NCBI GenBank assembly: GCA_965198175.1
Contig: OZ240245.1
Coordinates: 640,001-704,000, forward strand
DNA length: 64,000 nucleotides
DNA from: Candidatus Poribacteria bacterium
Lineage (GTDB): Bacteria > Poribacteria > WGA-4E > PCPOR2b
Reading direction: 5' to 3'
The notes beneath the pieces are model-generated. The model was not told the DNA's origin. It did not search any database and saw nothing but the letters and a program-made list of their open reading frames with translations. The translations under genes were made by a program, and so were the position numbers. Each line of letters begins with the position of its first letter. Position 1 is the first letter of the stretch. Positions 55,982 through 64,000 of this stretch are shown piece by piece.

Positions 55982-58489
55982 CTAGTGCGGAACCCCCAAC
56001 TGGTGCATCCGTCGGTGAATCGCTTCTTTAGCTTCGAGGAATGGACGTTCGAGGAAAGCGAGATGGTCGTCCTCACCGTGATGGTGGGTAACGCTGCCCG
56101 GTTGATGGTGGTGCGCTGTTCTGCGGATATACGATAATCCGCCTTCGATCAGCGTCAGCATATAATTTGCCGACTTGATATCGAACAGCCACCACTCACC
56201 ACCGACGGCAATGTAAATCGGGGATGTATGCGCAATGATGCCTCGTCCCCAGCCATCGTGATGGGGAACGGCTTGCGTGTAACCGGGACCGCCGCAGCGA
56301 GCAGCGATCCATGTGTGTTTGTTGATTGGCAAGGAGGTTCTGAGACGTAGTGTCCGCGCGCCCTTTTGTTCGTCAGTCGAGGCAACTACCTTGCCTTGTT
56401 GTACAATTTGCAGTGTGTGGAGGGGGAAGATTGATTCTGCCGACGCTTCAAGTTCCACCGTGCCGCCGTTGCCCGGTAGGTTAATCGTGCTTCCAATCGG
56501 CTTTCCGTCAACGGTTAGCCGAATAATCGGACCGCCGCTGAGGAAGGTATTTCCCTTGCTAAGATACTTGCACCAGTTATCGTAGTTGAACTCCTCATCT
56601 TCAGGGATATGGACGTAGGTTCGGTATATGCCGACCGGCACATTACTAGTCATCTTGTCTGTCCCGCCAACCAACGGCAGCTTATAGCCGCAGTTGAGAT
56701 ACCGATAATACTCGATATGACCGTACATGGCTTCCAACAGATATTCAACGGCATCAACGCGGTCCGTCGCAATCAGCGTTGCGGGTTCACAGTTTGGATT
56801 GGGAATATGCGGCAGGATAACTGTGCCGCCCTGCTCATGGCAGGCATCCGCCCAGTGCGAGAGTGTAGTTTCCAGATTGCCGCCAAGTTCAGCTTCGCTG
56901 GGACCATCCGAGCACCACGGGCTAACTTGCTTTTTCAAACCAAGCAGCGTAAGATGACCGAGAACGTGTTGACGGTTTTCCTGAGACGCATAGACAATAC
57001 TGCGTCCATCATCGGATACGTTTGGGCGACCGATGAACTCCTCTGTGTTGGTAAAGAGATGCCCCCACTGCGAAAGCAACAGATTGACTACGTTGAGATC
57101 TTCACCCTGCGCCTCAGTGTGCGACCCTTGCGTGGAAAGGAAGTGGACGTGCGTATCCCCGCTAAAGTAGCGTTCGGCATTCATGTTGCACCAGCGCTTC
57201 AGCCGCAGCGTCAAGTCGCGCTGCCCCGGTTTAATCTCAATTTTAGTCCGCAGCGGTTCGTATTCATAACCTCGTGCAACATCAACGAGGACTTCGCCGC
57301 GCGGCAACCAGCCCTGACAGGTACCGTCAATATAGGCGTAGCTAATTTGTCCAAGCCGAACATCGCCCCCAACGTCGATATGCCAAGTATCCATATTTGA
57401 GTTGACGTGTGCGTGGTGTCCGTGCGGCGCGTAGGGCACACCTTGCCCGGATCGGAAGTGGAGGCGGCAAGGCACAGGTTTACCGGTCTGATCATCGACT
57501 ACCGTTGTATGAACCCAGTTTCTGCCTGTGTCGATAATCTCCACCTGCAGCCGAGAGTTCGGTTCGACGCTACCGCCTTTCTCTAATTCGCCCCATTTCA
57601 CTTCGCCTAAGGTTTCGCCGCGATTCGAGACGGTGACCGTGGCTGAAGGTGTTGCGGACACTTCAACGTACGCGGGGCTGCTCTTGTTGTTTTGTGCTTC
57701 GCCCCACCCTTTGAAGTCGTCACACAGGAACTGATCCGCCGGTTTCTCTGGCAACGGATAGGGATAGGTTGCTACGCCGCGATCAACCCCGACTTCCATA
57801 CGGAAAGGCTTTTCGGCATCTTCCGCTTTTGGTAAGGTAATCTTGACTTCGCGGGTCGCTGTCCGAGGAATTACATCCTCTTCGAGGTGTCCCAATGTAA
57901 TAGCAGCGAGGATAAATTTCGGTCCTTCCGGGACGATGTGGACGGATTCGATTGTTTCCGTCGGCATCGGGTTTTCCCAAACCCAGAGGTAATAGTCGTT
58001 GGGCCACGCCTGAGTTGCCTCGGTCTGTCGATATCCCGCTTCGCCCCAATGCCCTCTGTCGCGAGGCTGTAAAGCATCCTTTTGATCGGGCCATGCCAAA
58101 AACGGAAACTGTCCCCATCCCGGTGGAACAACGGCGATTTCGAAGCGTTCACGAATCGGCGCGCAAATTTCTTCACCGTTCTCATAGCGGAAGATATAGC
58201 GTGCGGCTAAACGTCCTACTGGATCGCCCTCAATGATTTTCGATTCGAGCAGACGATGCGCCGCGATTATGCGTTTTGGGTTTGCCTTCACCGGCACGAC
58301 GATTGAATCGGTGTTGACGCCTTTTCCAAAACCAAGAAAACACTTTCCCTCATTATCCCCCGACAATCCGATTTGGAATGGCAGCCCGTGGAAGGTCTGT
58401 CTACCAATCGCGGGATTCGCATTTTCACCAATCACCTCAACACCAACGTTACAAAGTGAGGAAACATCTAATGGTTGATAGTCTTGCAT
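55982..58489 (-). CDS. CehA/McbA-family (PHP-like) metallohydrolase
   Basis: SGDTHVH, QENRQHVLGH, ILPH, YYRYLNCGYKLP..GGTD, AHTSPIY. Start placed at MQDYQ with GGAGG RBS. Confidence 0.82.
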   Translation of the reverse strand: MQDYQPLDVSSLCNVGVEVIGENANPAIGRQTFHGLPFQIGLSGDNEGKCFLGFGKGVNTDSIVVPVKANPKRIIAAHRLLESKIIEGDPVGRLAARYIFRYENGEEICAPIRERFEIAVVPPGWGQFPFLAWPDQKDALQPRDRGHWGEAGYRQTEATQAWPNDYYLWVWENPMPTETIESVHIVPEGPKFILAAITLGHLEEDVIPRTATREVKITLPKAEDAEKPFRMEVGVDRGVATYPYPLPEKPADQFLCDDFKGWGEAQNNKSSPAYVEVSATPSATVTVSNRGETLGEVKWGELEKGGSVEPNSRLQVEIIDTGRNWVHTTVVDDQTGKPVPCRLHFRSGQGVPYAPHGHHAHVNSNMDTWHIDVGGDVRLGQISYAYIDGTCQGWLPRGEVLVDVARGYEYEPLRTKIEIKPGQRDLTLRLKRWCNMNAERYFSGDTHVHFLSTQGSHTEAQGEDLNVVNLLLSQWGHLFTNTEEFIGRPNVSDDGRSIVYASQENRQHVLGHLTLLGLKKQVSPWCSDGPSEAELGGNLETTLSHWADACHEQGGTVILPHIPNPNCEPATLIATDRVDAVEYLLEAMYGHIEYYRYLNCGYKLPLVGGTDKMTSNVPVGIYRTYVHIPEDEEFNYDNWCKYLSKGNTFLSGGPIIRLTVDGKPIGSTINLPGNGGTVELEASAESIFPLHTLQIVQQGKVVASTDEQKGARTLRLRTSLPINKHTWIAARCGGPGYTQAVPHHDGWGRGIIAHTSPIYIAVGGEWWLFDIKSANYMLTLIEGGLSYIRRTAHHHQPGSVTHHHGEDDHLAFLERPFLEAKEAIHRRMHQLGVPH

Positions 58490-58910
58490 AAAGCACCTCC
58501 TTGATACGAGTTTTCCGCTGCTCTGCCGGTATTGGCAAATCCAGACCAAGCGTCGGATCGGCCAAGTTCCGTGCCCTGCCGGCAGTCATTGCGCAAGAAT
58601 ACGAGGTCAAACCTGTTAAGACTAGGCGGCCGGAACGACATGGTTTAGCCGAAACTCAATTCTTATAAACTCGGCGCGACACCACTTTTTGGGTGGGGGA
58701 TGAGGTTTGGAAATGCTAGAGTAGTAACCAGAAAAATGGTCTATGAATGGCGATTGCCCCTACAGGATAACGCTACCGGGGCGGTCTGTAGTGTTTCTCG
58801 CACACACTGTAAATCAATCCCTACGGTTTAGGCCATTAATCCTGCGGTTGACAACCTTTTCCGAATTGACCCGCACAGTTGCAGCGTCAGAACGGAAAAT
58901 CAGAATCTGT

Positions 58911-60257
58911 CTACTTGTCTGTTGGCACAGTTTGCCCTTTACGGTGCATAAACGTGGTACGGCTAGGCTCACGTTCCCAATCGAATTGCGTCCTAGCGTC
59001 AGGGTGCATTTTCTTAAACCGGCGAAGCCCTTCAACGGGTCCGTATTCATCTAACAACCGTTGTGTCTCTGAAAACTGCTCCGGCGACAACTGTTCCTTG
59101 AGTTGTGCTTTGATGGTTTCCGATGTGAGGCTATCGGGCATCGGGGGGATAGCTTCTGTCTCCTCGCTACTTCTAGTTCTAGCAAATGACTGGTCAGCCT
59201 CCCGATCGACCCGACTTGTCGCTTCCGATTGTTCAGGCGCGGCTTCAAGGGAATATTCGAATTCATCAATGCTCGCCGCTTCCGCCTCTAAATTTGACAA
59301 GTCGCTTTTACGTAACCACCCCGGTATTGGAGGGTAACTAGTATCTGGCAGAAAACTCACTTTTACCGGAGACTTATCAGAGTGCCGCGGTTTTTGACCG
59401 AACGCATCTAACAACCGGACCCGTTCATCTCTTGCCGCGTGCGCTGCGGACATTTCATCGACGTGTTGTTTATCTGTGTCAGATAGCGACACATCTAGTT
59501 CACCCGCGGCTATCTTTGCCTCAACCTCATCCATTGGGATGCCCAAAGTTGTGGAGTGCGCAAACTTATTAAAATACTCCTCACGCTCATATGGATCCTC
59601 TATCTCATAATACTCATCAGGCGCAAAATGCTTTACACCTTCTGGGTCGATACTTTTGGGTAGAATTAATGCTACTCCTCTCGAGGGTTTTGCCGGAAAC
59701 AAGTTGGGATGGGACTCAGGGGCGACAAGTTCTGATTGTAAGATAGCGTCCCCCTCTTCATACTGATCGTACTCAGGGACAATCACCTGACCCAGTTTTC
59801 CATCAGGGGTTACGACACGTTGTAGAACCCTCATTTCAATCTGCTGTCGAATCGCTGCACGTCTCTTTAATTCTTGCTCCACGTACGGGGTCAGTTTTCC
59901 CGTCATAATCCACTCATCAAGTTCTAATTCCTCTTTGCTCTTGGGATAACTTGATGCGTGTTTTATACCATTTATCTCATAAAGATAAGGGTACTCGATG
60001 TCCCCTGTGGAGTGGTTATGCTCATGTTTGGACATCTTCACTTCACGCGACAAGTCCTTGTCTTCTCCTACGCGCGTGTGGCCTTTAGAAGAATGAACAT
60101 CGTGCTCGTCAACAGAACGATTAAACGCTTGAACTTCCGAGATGACTTTGTTCACTTCAACATCCCGGTGATAAGCCCTTATGCAAACATAAGAAACAGA
60201 CAGGATCGCAACAATGCAAATCCCAACGATATAAGGGTTGAAACGACGCTTAAACAT
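58911..60257 (-). CDS. Membrane-anchored hypothetical protein
   Basis: N-terminal TM, acidic low-complexity body, C-terminal LSPEQF...LDEYGPVEGLRR. Start 60257 or 60281. Confidence 0.65.
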   Translation of the reverse strand: MFKRRFNPYIVGICIVAILSVSYVCIRAYHRDVEVNKVISEVQAFNRSVDEHDVHSSKGHTRVGEDKDLSREVKMSKHEHNHSTGDIEYPYLYEINGIKHASSYPKSKEELELDEWIMTGKLTPYVEQELKRRAAIRQQIEMRVLQRVVTPDGKLGQVIVPEYDQYEEGDAILQSELVAPESHPNLFPAKPSRGVALILPKSIDPEGVKHFAPDEYYEIEDPYEREEYFNKFAHSTTLGIPMDEVEAKIAAGELDVSLSDTDKQHVDEMSAAHAARDERVRLLDAFGQKPRHSDKSPVKVSFLPDTSYPPIPGWLRKSDLSNLEAEAASIDEFEYSLEAAPEQSEATSRVDREADQSFARTRSSEETEAIPPMPDSLTSETIKAQLKEQLSPEQFSETQRLLDEYGPVEGLRRFKKMHPDARTQFDWEREPSRTTFMHRKGQTVPTDK

Positions 60258-60731
60258 CAGATTATCTCCTACTGGGTTCAATTGCGAACGGATTGAAAAA
60301 CCGCAGTGACAAGATCGAATTCCCTTGTGGCGACACTTACAATCATGCAGATCGTAATCGAAATGAGGACAATCTTGGCGAAAACCTCCAAAGGTGTCAA
60401 TCTCACAGTTGCCCCATCTCTCGGTTTTTGACAGCTAAACGTCGAATGCCTCCTCATCCAGGAGTCGTAGGAGTTTTCGACAGATGGAATTGCGGGTTTG
60501 TGCTCCCCTAAAGAATCTGAATTGGCACAACGTTAACACATGGGAATCATGGTGTCAAGAAATATCCGAGATTTTCTTGAGTAGACTGGCGTTTTTTTAC
60601 ACGCGGAATGCCACTGGTATCATCCAGAGCAATATAATTCCAAAAGCGGGCGTTCTGAAGTACTACGGCAGGAGAACAATTAGTCATCTCATACCCTTTG
60701 ACCGCAGACACAAATTCAATCCCAATTTGCG

Positions 60732-60760
60732 TTGACATTGAAGGGCAAATGGGGTATCCT
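60732..60760 (+). promoter_or_regulatory. Putative sigma70 promoter
   Basis: TTGACA-N17-TATCCT about 70 bp upstream of the PHP gene. Confidence 0.6.
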
Positions 60761-60828
60761 CTCCACTATATCCAGCGAATGCAGAGACGATTGATGATGC
60801 ATTGAACGAACCTTAAAGGAGGCACGCC

Positions 60829-61725
60829 ATTTCCGGCTACAAAAATCCCTATTCAAATTCATCCCGCTGGTTTCGCGGCAACCTGCATGCACACACCTGC
60901 TGCGGGAAATTCATGGACGCCAGCGTTAGCGGACAGATATACGCCAATTTGGGCTATGATTTCCTGGCAATCACTGATCACAATATGGCACATACCCCGG
61001 AACAGTGGCAAAAGTGGCAAGCGGAAAACAGTCTTACTATTATCCCAGGCGAAGAGAATGGCAGTAAGGGGCACATCCTAGAGTTAGGCGTTTACGAGGT
61101 AACACCCACCGGAACGGACAATTACACCGAACGAGCAAAGCTGCTGCGGCAGGCTGGCGGTTTTGTTGTCGGATGTCATCCCCAAGAATATCCAGGTTGC
61201 GGCGAGGATGATATTCGCGATGCTGTCGGAATGCTACACGGCTTTGAAATTTTTAACGGCTTACGGGAGGGGCGAGGCTGCAACGAAATGGCAAATGTGG
61301 TTCTCTGGGACCAAATCTTAACCAGTGGCGGACGGATTTGGGGCGTAGCTACCGATGATTTTCATTGCGCTTATGTCACACCGGGTCACGGTTGGGTATC
61401 TGTTCAAGTGCCAGAAGACACACCGAATCCCGTTGATTGGGGTACCATCGTCCAGCAGCTAAAAGCTGGTGCATTTATCTCCAGTACTTACCCCGCCCTT
61501 GAAAAAATTACTCTTGAGTCCGATGGCACATCTTCCGACAAATTAGTCGTGGAAGCGAGGGGTACGAGAGAACTGCGCGTTATCGGCGACGGTGGCACCA
61601 TCCTGCACCGTGCTACAGGCAACCATTTAGAATGGAAGGTTGTACCAAACCTGACCTATTTTCGGGTCGAAGCTGTCAGTGGTATCAAGCGGGGGTGGAG
61701 TCAGCCTTTCTATCAAGAATCCTAA
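60829..61725 (+). CDS. PHP-domain (CehA/McbA-like) metallohydrolase, probable ATT start
   Basis: WFRGNLHAHT lies in frame upstream of the track's ATG at 60913. Also GYDFLAITDHN, PGEE, CHP, EIFN, TDDFH, WSQPF. Confidence 0.82.
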   Translation: MSGYKNPYSNSSRWFRGNLHAHTCCGKFMDASVSGQIYANLGYDFLAITDHNMAHTPEQWQKWQAENSLTIIPGEENGSKGHILELGVYEVTPTGTDNYTERAKLLRQAGGFVVGCHPQEYPGCGEDDIRDAVGMLHGFEIFNGLREGRGCNEMANVVLWDQILTSGGRIWGVATDDFHCAYVTPGHGWVSVQVPEDTPNPVDWGTIVQQLKAGAFISSTYPALEKITLESDGTSSDKLVVEARGTRELRVIGDGGTILHRATGNHLEWKVVPNLTYFRVEAVSGIKRGWSQPFYQES

Positions 61726-61796
61726 CTTCGGGTGGCAAGCCACTCGGTTACTCCATCAACCGCTAAATAATCCCCAAAGATAAAATAAGGTGAAAT

Positions 61797-62426
61797 ATGA
61801 AAGTGTTGGTCATTGGTGCCAATGGAAATACGGCGACTCGCGTTGTGCAGCGATTAAAGCGCAGTCCTCATCAGCCGATTGCGATGATCCGCAATCCGGC
61901 TCAACGTGGAAAATTTGATGATATGGGTGTTCCAACCGTACTTGCCGATCTAGAGTATCCCATCGACCACGCGGTCAAAGGCTGTGATGCGGTAATCTTT
62001 GCCGCAGGATCGGGAGGCCATACAGGCAAAGACAAGACCGTACTCGTAGATCACATTGGCGCGATACGAGCAATGGTAGCAGCTCAGGTGCACGAGACAA
62101 GGCGTTTCATCATGCTCAGCGCACTGAATGCGGACGTGAACAGTCGTTCGACAATCGCCCATTACCACAAAGCCAAGGGGCATGCTGACGTTCATCTCCA
62201 ACAATCCGACCTAGACTACACGATTATCTGTCCGGGCGGGTTGACCGATGGGCCCGGTACTGGCAAGGTCTCCGTCAGCTCTGAACTACATGGCAACGGT
62301 CAAACCTCGCGCGACAACCTCGCCGCTGCGCTAGTGAAGTGTCTTGATTTGGAAAACACCATCGGCAAGTGTTTCAGTCTACTTGAAGGCGAAACGCCGT
62401 TAGAAATGGCGCTTCGGTCGGCTTAA
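61797..62426 (+). CDS. Atypical SDR / NAD(P)H-binding oxidoreductase (YhfK-like)
   Basis: VLVIGANG, AVIFAAGSGG..G..KT..VD, Y..AK..AD, SRDNLA. Confidence 0.9.
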   Translation: MKVLVIGANGNTATRVVQRLKRSPHQPIAMIRNPAQRGKFDDMGVPTVLADLEYPIDHAVKGCDAVIFAAGSGGHTGKDKTVLVDHIGAIRAMVAAQVHETRRFIMLSALNADVNSRSTIAHYHKAKGHADVHLQQSDLDYTIICPGGLTDGPGTGKVSVSSELHGNGQTSRDNLAAALVKCLDLENTIGKCFSLLEGETPLEMALRSA

Positions 62427-62527
62427 ACTTCGCAGCCGGAATAAATCAATCTTGACTTCGTGGAAACGTTGTTGGACGAGGTGCGCGGGCATCGCTCACG
62501 AATCCGCCGCAAATGGAAGTCCCAAGA

Positions 62528-64000
62528 ATGTCTCAATATCTCGGAGTATTGATGTTGTTGTTGACGAGCTCAACCGCTTATCCCCAAGTAGAGAGAGGCT
62601 GCTACATTGAAAAAGAGGATGGCAATCTAATCCTCGGCAGCGACGATTTTCGGTGGCAACTCGACCTCTCGAAGGGTGTCCACGCGGTATTCACGGAGAA
62701 TCTTTTAACCGGTGGACGCATAGACTTGGGCAAAGGTCCTGAGTGCGGACTGAGATTCTCCGCAGCGCAACAGCGCATTGAACTTCTTGGATGGAAACAA
62801 GCTGCCGGCGGCAACAAGGCGAGCGCGCCAAATGAGGAGCACGGATTCCGTATCGGGTTTCACCACCCTGAATTTGACGATAGCCAGTGGCAAAACACAG
62901 ATTCGCCGTGGGTGCTCAGTTCAGGTCCTGGCGGCACACCGCGCAGCCCAAACCCGGACGGCTATAACTGGTACCGGGTTGCATTCGAACTACCGGAGGC
63001 AACTGGTGAGTCGGTCTCGTTTGGGCTGGGAGGTTGTGGAATCTACGATTTCGGCGAACAGCGGTTTTTCGTGAACGGAGTGCTTATCGGTGAACGCCGC
63101 GTCGAGCAGGCGTGGACAGAGCCCGGTTTGGTGACGCTGAACCCTGACGACTCGCTTTACCGAACGCTTCGCTTTGGGGAGCGCAACGTCCTCGCGGTCC
63201 AAGCTTGGTCGCAGTTCGACTGCCGCCCCGCGAGGTTGAGACACATCGATCCTAATCGACATTACGAAACCACGCGCATTTTGCTCTTAGGCGACCAATT
63301 CGTATCCATTGGCACAGCATTCCAGGATGTCGTCGTCACCGGAGCGCGAAACGTAGAAGTCCTCGTCGGAACTCGAGAAGCGCACCATATCCAAATCGCT
63401 TTGGACACCGCCCCGAGTCTCGGTGAGCTGTACCTTCATTACGAATGGAGGGCGGACGAACCGGCGCTGCGCAAATGGCTCGCGTTCAAGAATACCTCTG
63501 ATGCCGAACAACTCCTCTTAGATGTTAATCTGGGAGATTACCGTATTGATGTCCCAGTCACCGAAGGGTTCCGGGGACTTCCCATCTACCTTGGTGATGC
63601 CGTATTTGCGAGTATCGCACATCCTTCCGGCGTGACACAAGGCAGTGAAGAGAGAGCGCGCTTACGGCTGTTTCCGGGGTGCTATCTACAGCCGGGCGAG
63701 GTGTACACTTCGAAACAAGCGGTATGGGGAATGGCGAGAGTCAACGAGGCTCGAAAGGCGTTCTGGGACTACATCGTGTCTCGGTCGATGCGCCGAAAAT
63801 CCGTGGGAATCAAGACCTCGCTGCATTACGACGCGCTCGGCGCTGCTTGGGGCAGACCGCACGCTTGGGGTCGTCTGGATCCTCCTTCAGAAGAAGTATG
63901 CCTCTCCATCATGGACACGATGGAAGAACTACAGAGCCAGTTCGGGCTTCGGTTCGACTACTTCTGGATGGACGCCGGCTGGTGGGAGTACGAGAAGCGG
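62528..64000 (+). CDS. Glycoside hydrolase, GH27/GH36 (alpha-galactosidase-like) with a galactose-binding-like domain (partial)
   Basis: Not in the ORF track because it has no stop in the window. The 5' part (FDDSQW...GYNWYRVAFELP...FVNG) and the end (FDYFWMDAGW) are in the same frame. Alternative start at 62513. Confidence 0.7.
   Translation, partial: MSQYLGVLMLLLTSSTAYPQVERGCYIEKEDGNLILGSDDFRWQLDLSKGVHAVFTENLLTGGRIDLGKGPECGLRFSAAQQRIELLGWKQAAGGNKASAPNEEHGFRIGFHHPEFDDSQWQNTDSPWVLSSGPGGTPRSPNPDGYNWYRVAFELPEATGESVSFGLGGCGIYDFGEQRFFVNGVLIGERRVEQAWTEPGLVTLNPDDSLYRTLRFGERNVLAVQAWSQFDCRPARLRHIDPNRHYETTRILLLGDQFVSIGTAFQDVVVTGARNVEVLVGTREAHHIQIALDTAPSLGELYLHYEWRADEPALRKWLAFKNTSDAEQLLLDVNLGDYRIDVPVTEGFRGLPIYLGDAVFASIAHPSGVTQGSEERARLRLFPGCYLQPGEVYTSKQAVWGMARVNEARKAFWDYIVSRSMRRKSVGIKTSLHYDALGAAWGRPHAWGRLDPPSEEVCLSIMDTMEELQSQFGLRFDYFWMDAGWWEYEKR

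Noticed and set aside
58550..58720. Possible riboswitch or ncRNA upstream of the CehA-like gene
   Set aside because: No recognisable aptamer consensus by eye. An Rfam search would be needed.

Overview
Bacterial chromosomal DNA of about 50% GC, with almost all genes on the minus strand. Lineage-typical protein families suggest Ca. Poribacteria or a relative, which is an inference from recall. About 40 kb (3.9-43.8 kb) is a respiratory supercluster. In transcription order it holds: a secreted YceI protein carrying 29 Asn-Pro-Cys repeats; a Crp-family regulator; a Rieske/split cytochrome b6 (heme ci-type) complex with an octaheme cytochrome c; a Nitrospira/anammox-like 'cytochrome bd-like' module (CydA-like protein without CydB, three membrane cytochromes c including an EbdC/NxrC-like fusion, two cupredoxin-like proteins and a degenerate M24 peptidase); an A1-type aa3 oxidase operon with CtaA, CtaB, SCO and DUF420; and a maturation/stress block. 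In that block four different proteins (USP, Zn-ribbon protein, AhbD-like radical SAM, coiled-coil protein) share six copies of the small PCP_red domain, next to Mrp and a ChdC/Cld-family protein. The promoters of the Rieske operon and the bd-like operon carry the identical 16-bp palindrome TCACGGATATCCGTGA exactly 17 bp upstream of their -35 boxes. The rest of the window has a Gld-like ABC system, a PhyH dioxygenase, an M28 peptidase, an IS3 element whose orfA is interrupted by a piece of a 79-bp GATC-ended palindromic repeat, a TroABCD metal importer with a DtxR/MntR-type operator, PHP/CehA-like hydrolases (one apparently starting at AUU) and a truncated GH27/36-like glycosidase. No rRNA, tRNA or CRISPR array was seen. 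All family assignments come from motif recognition by eye, not from database searches.
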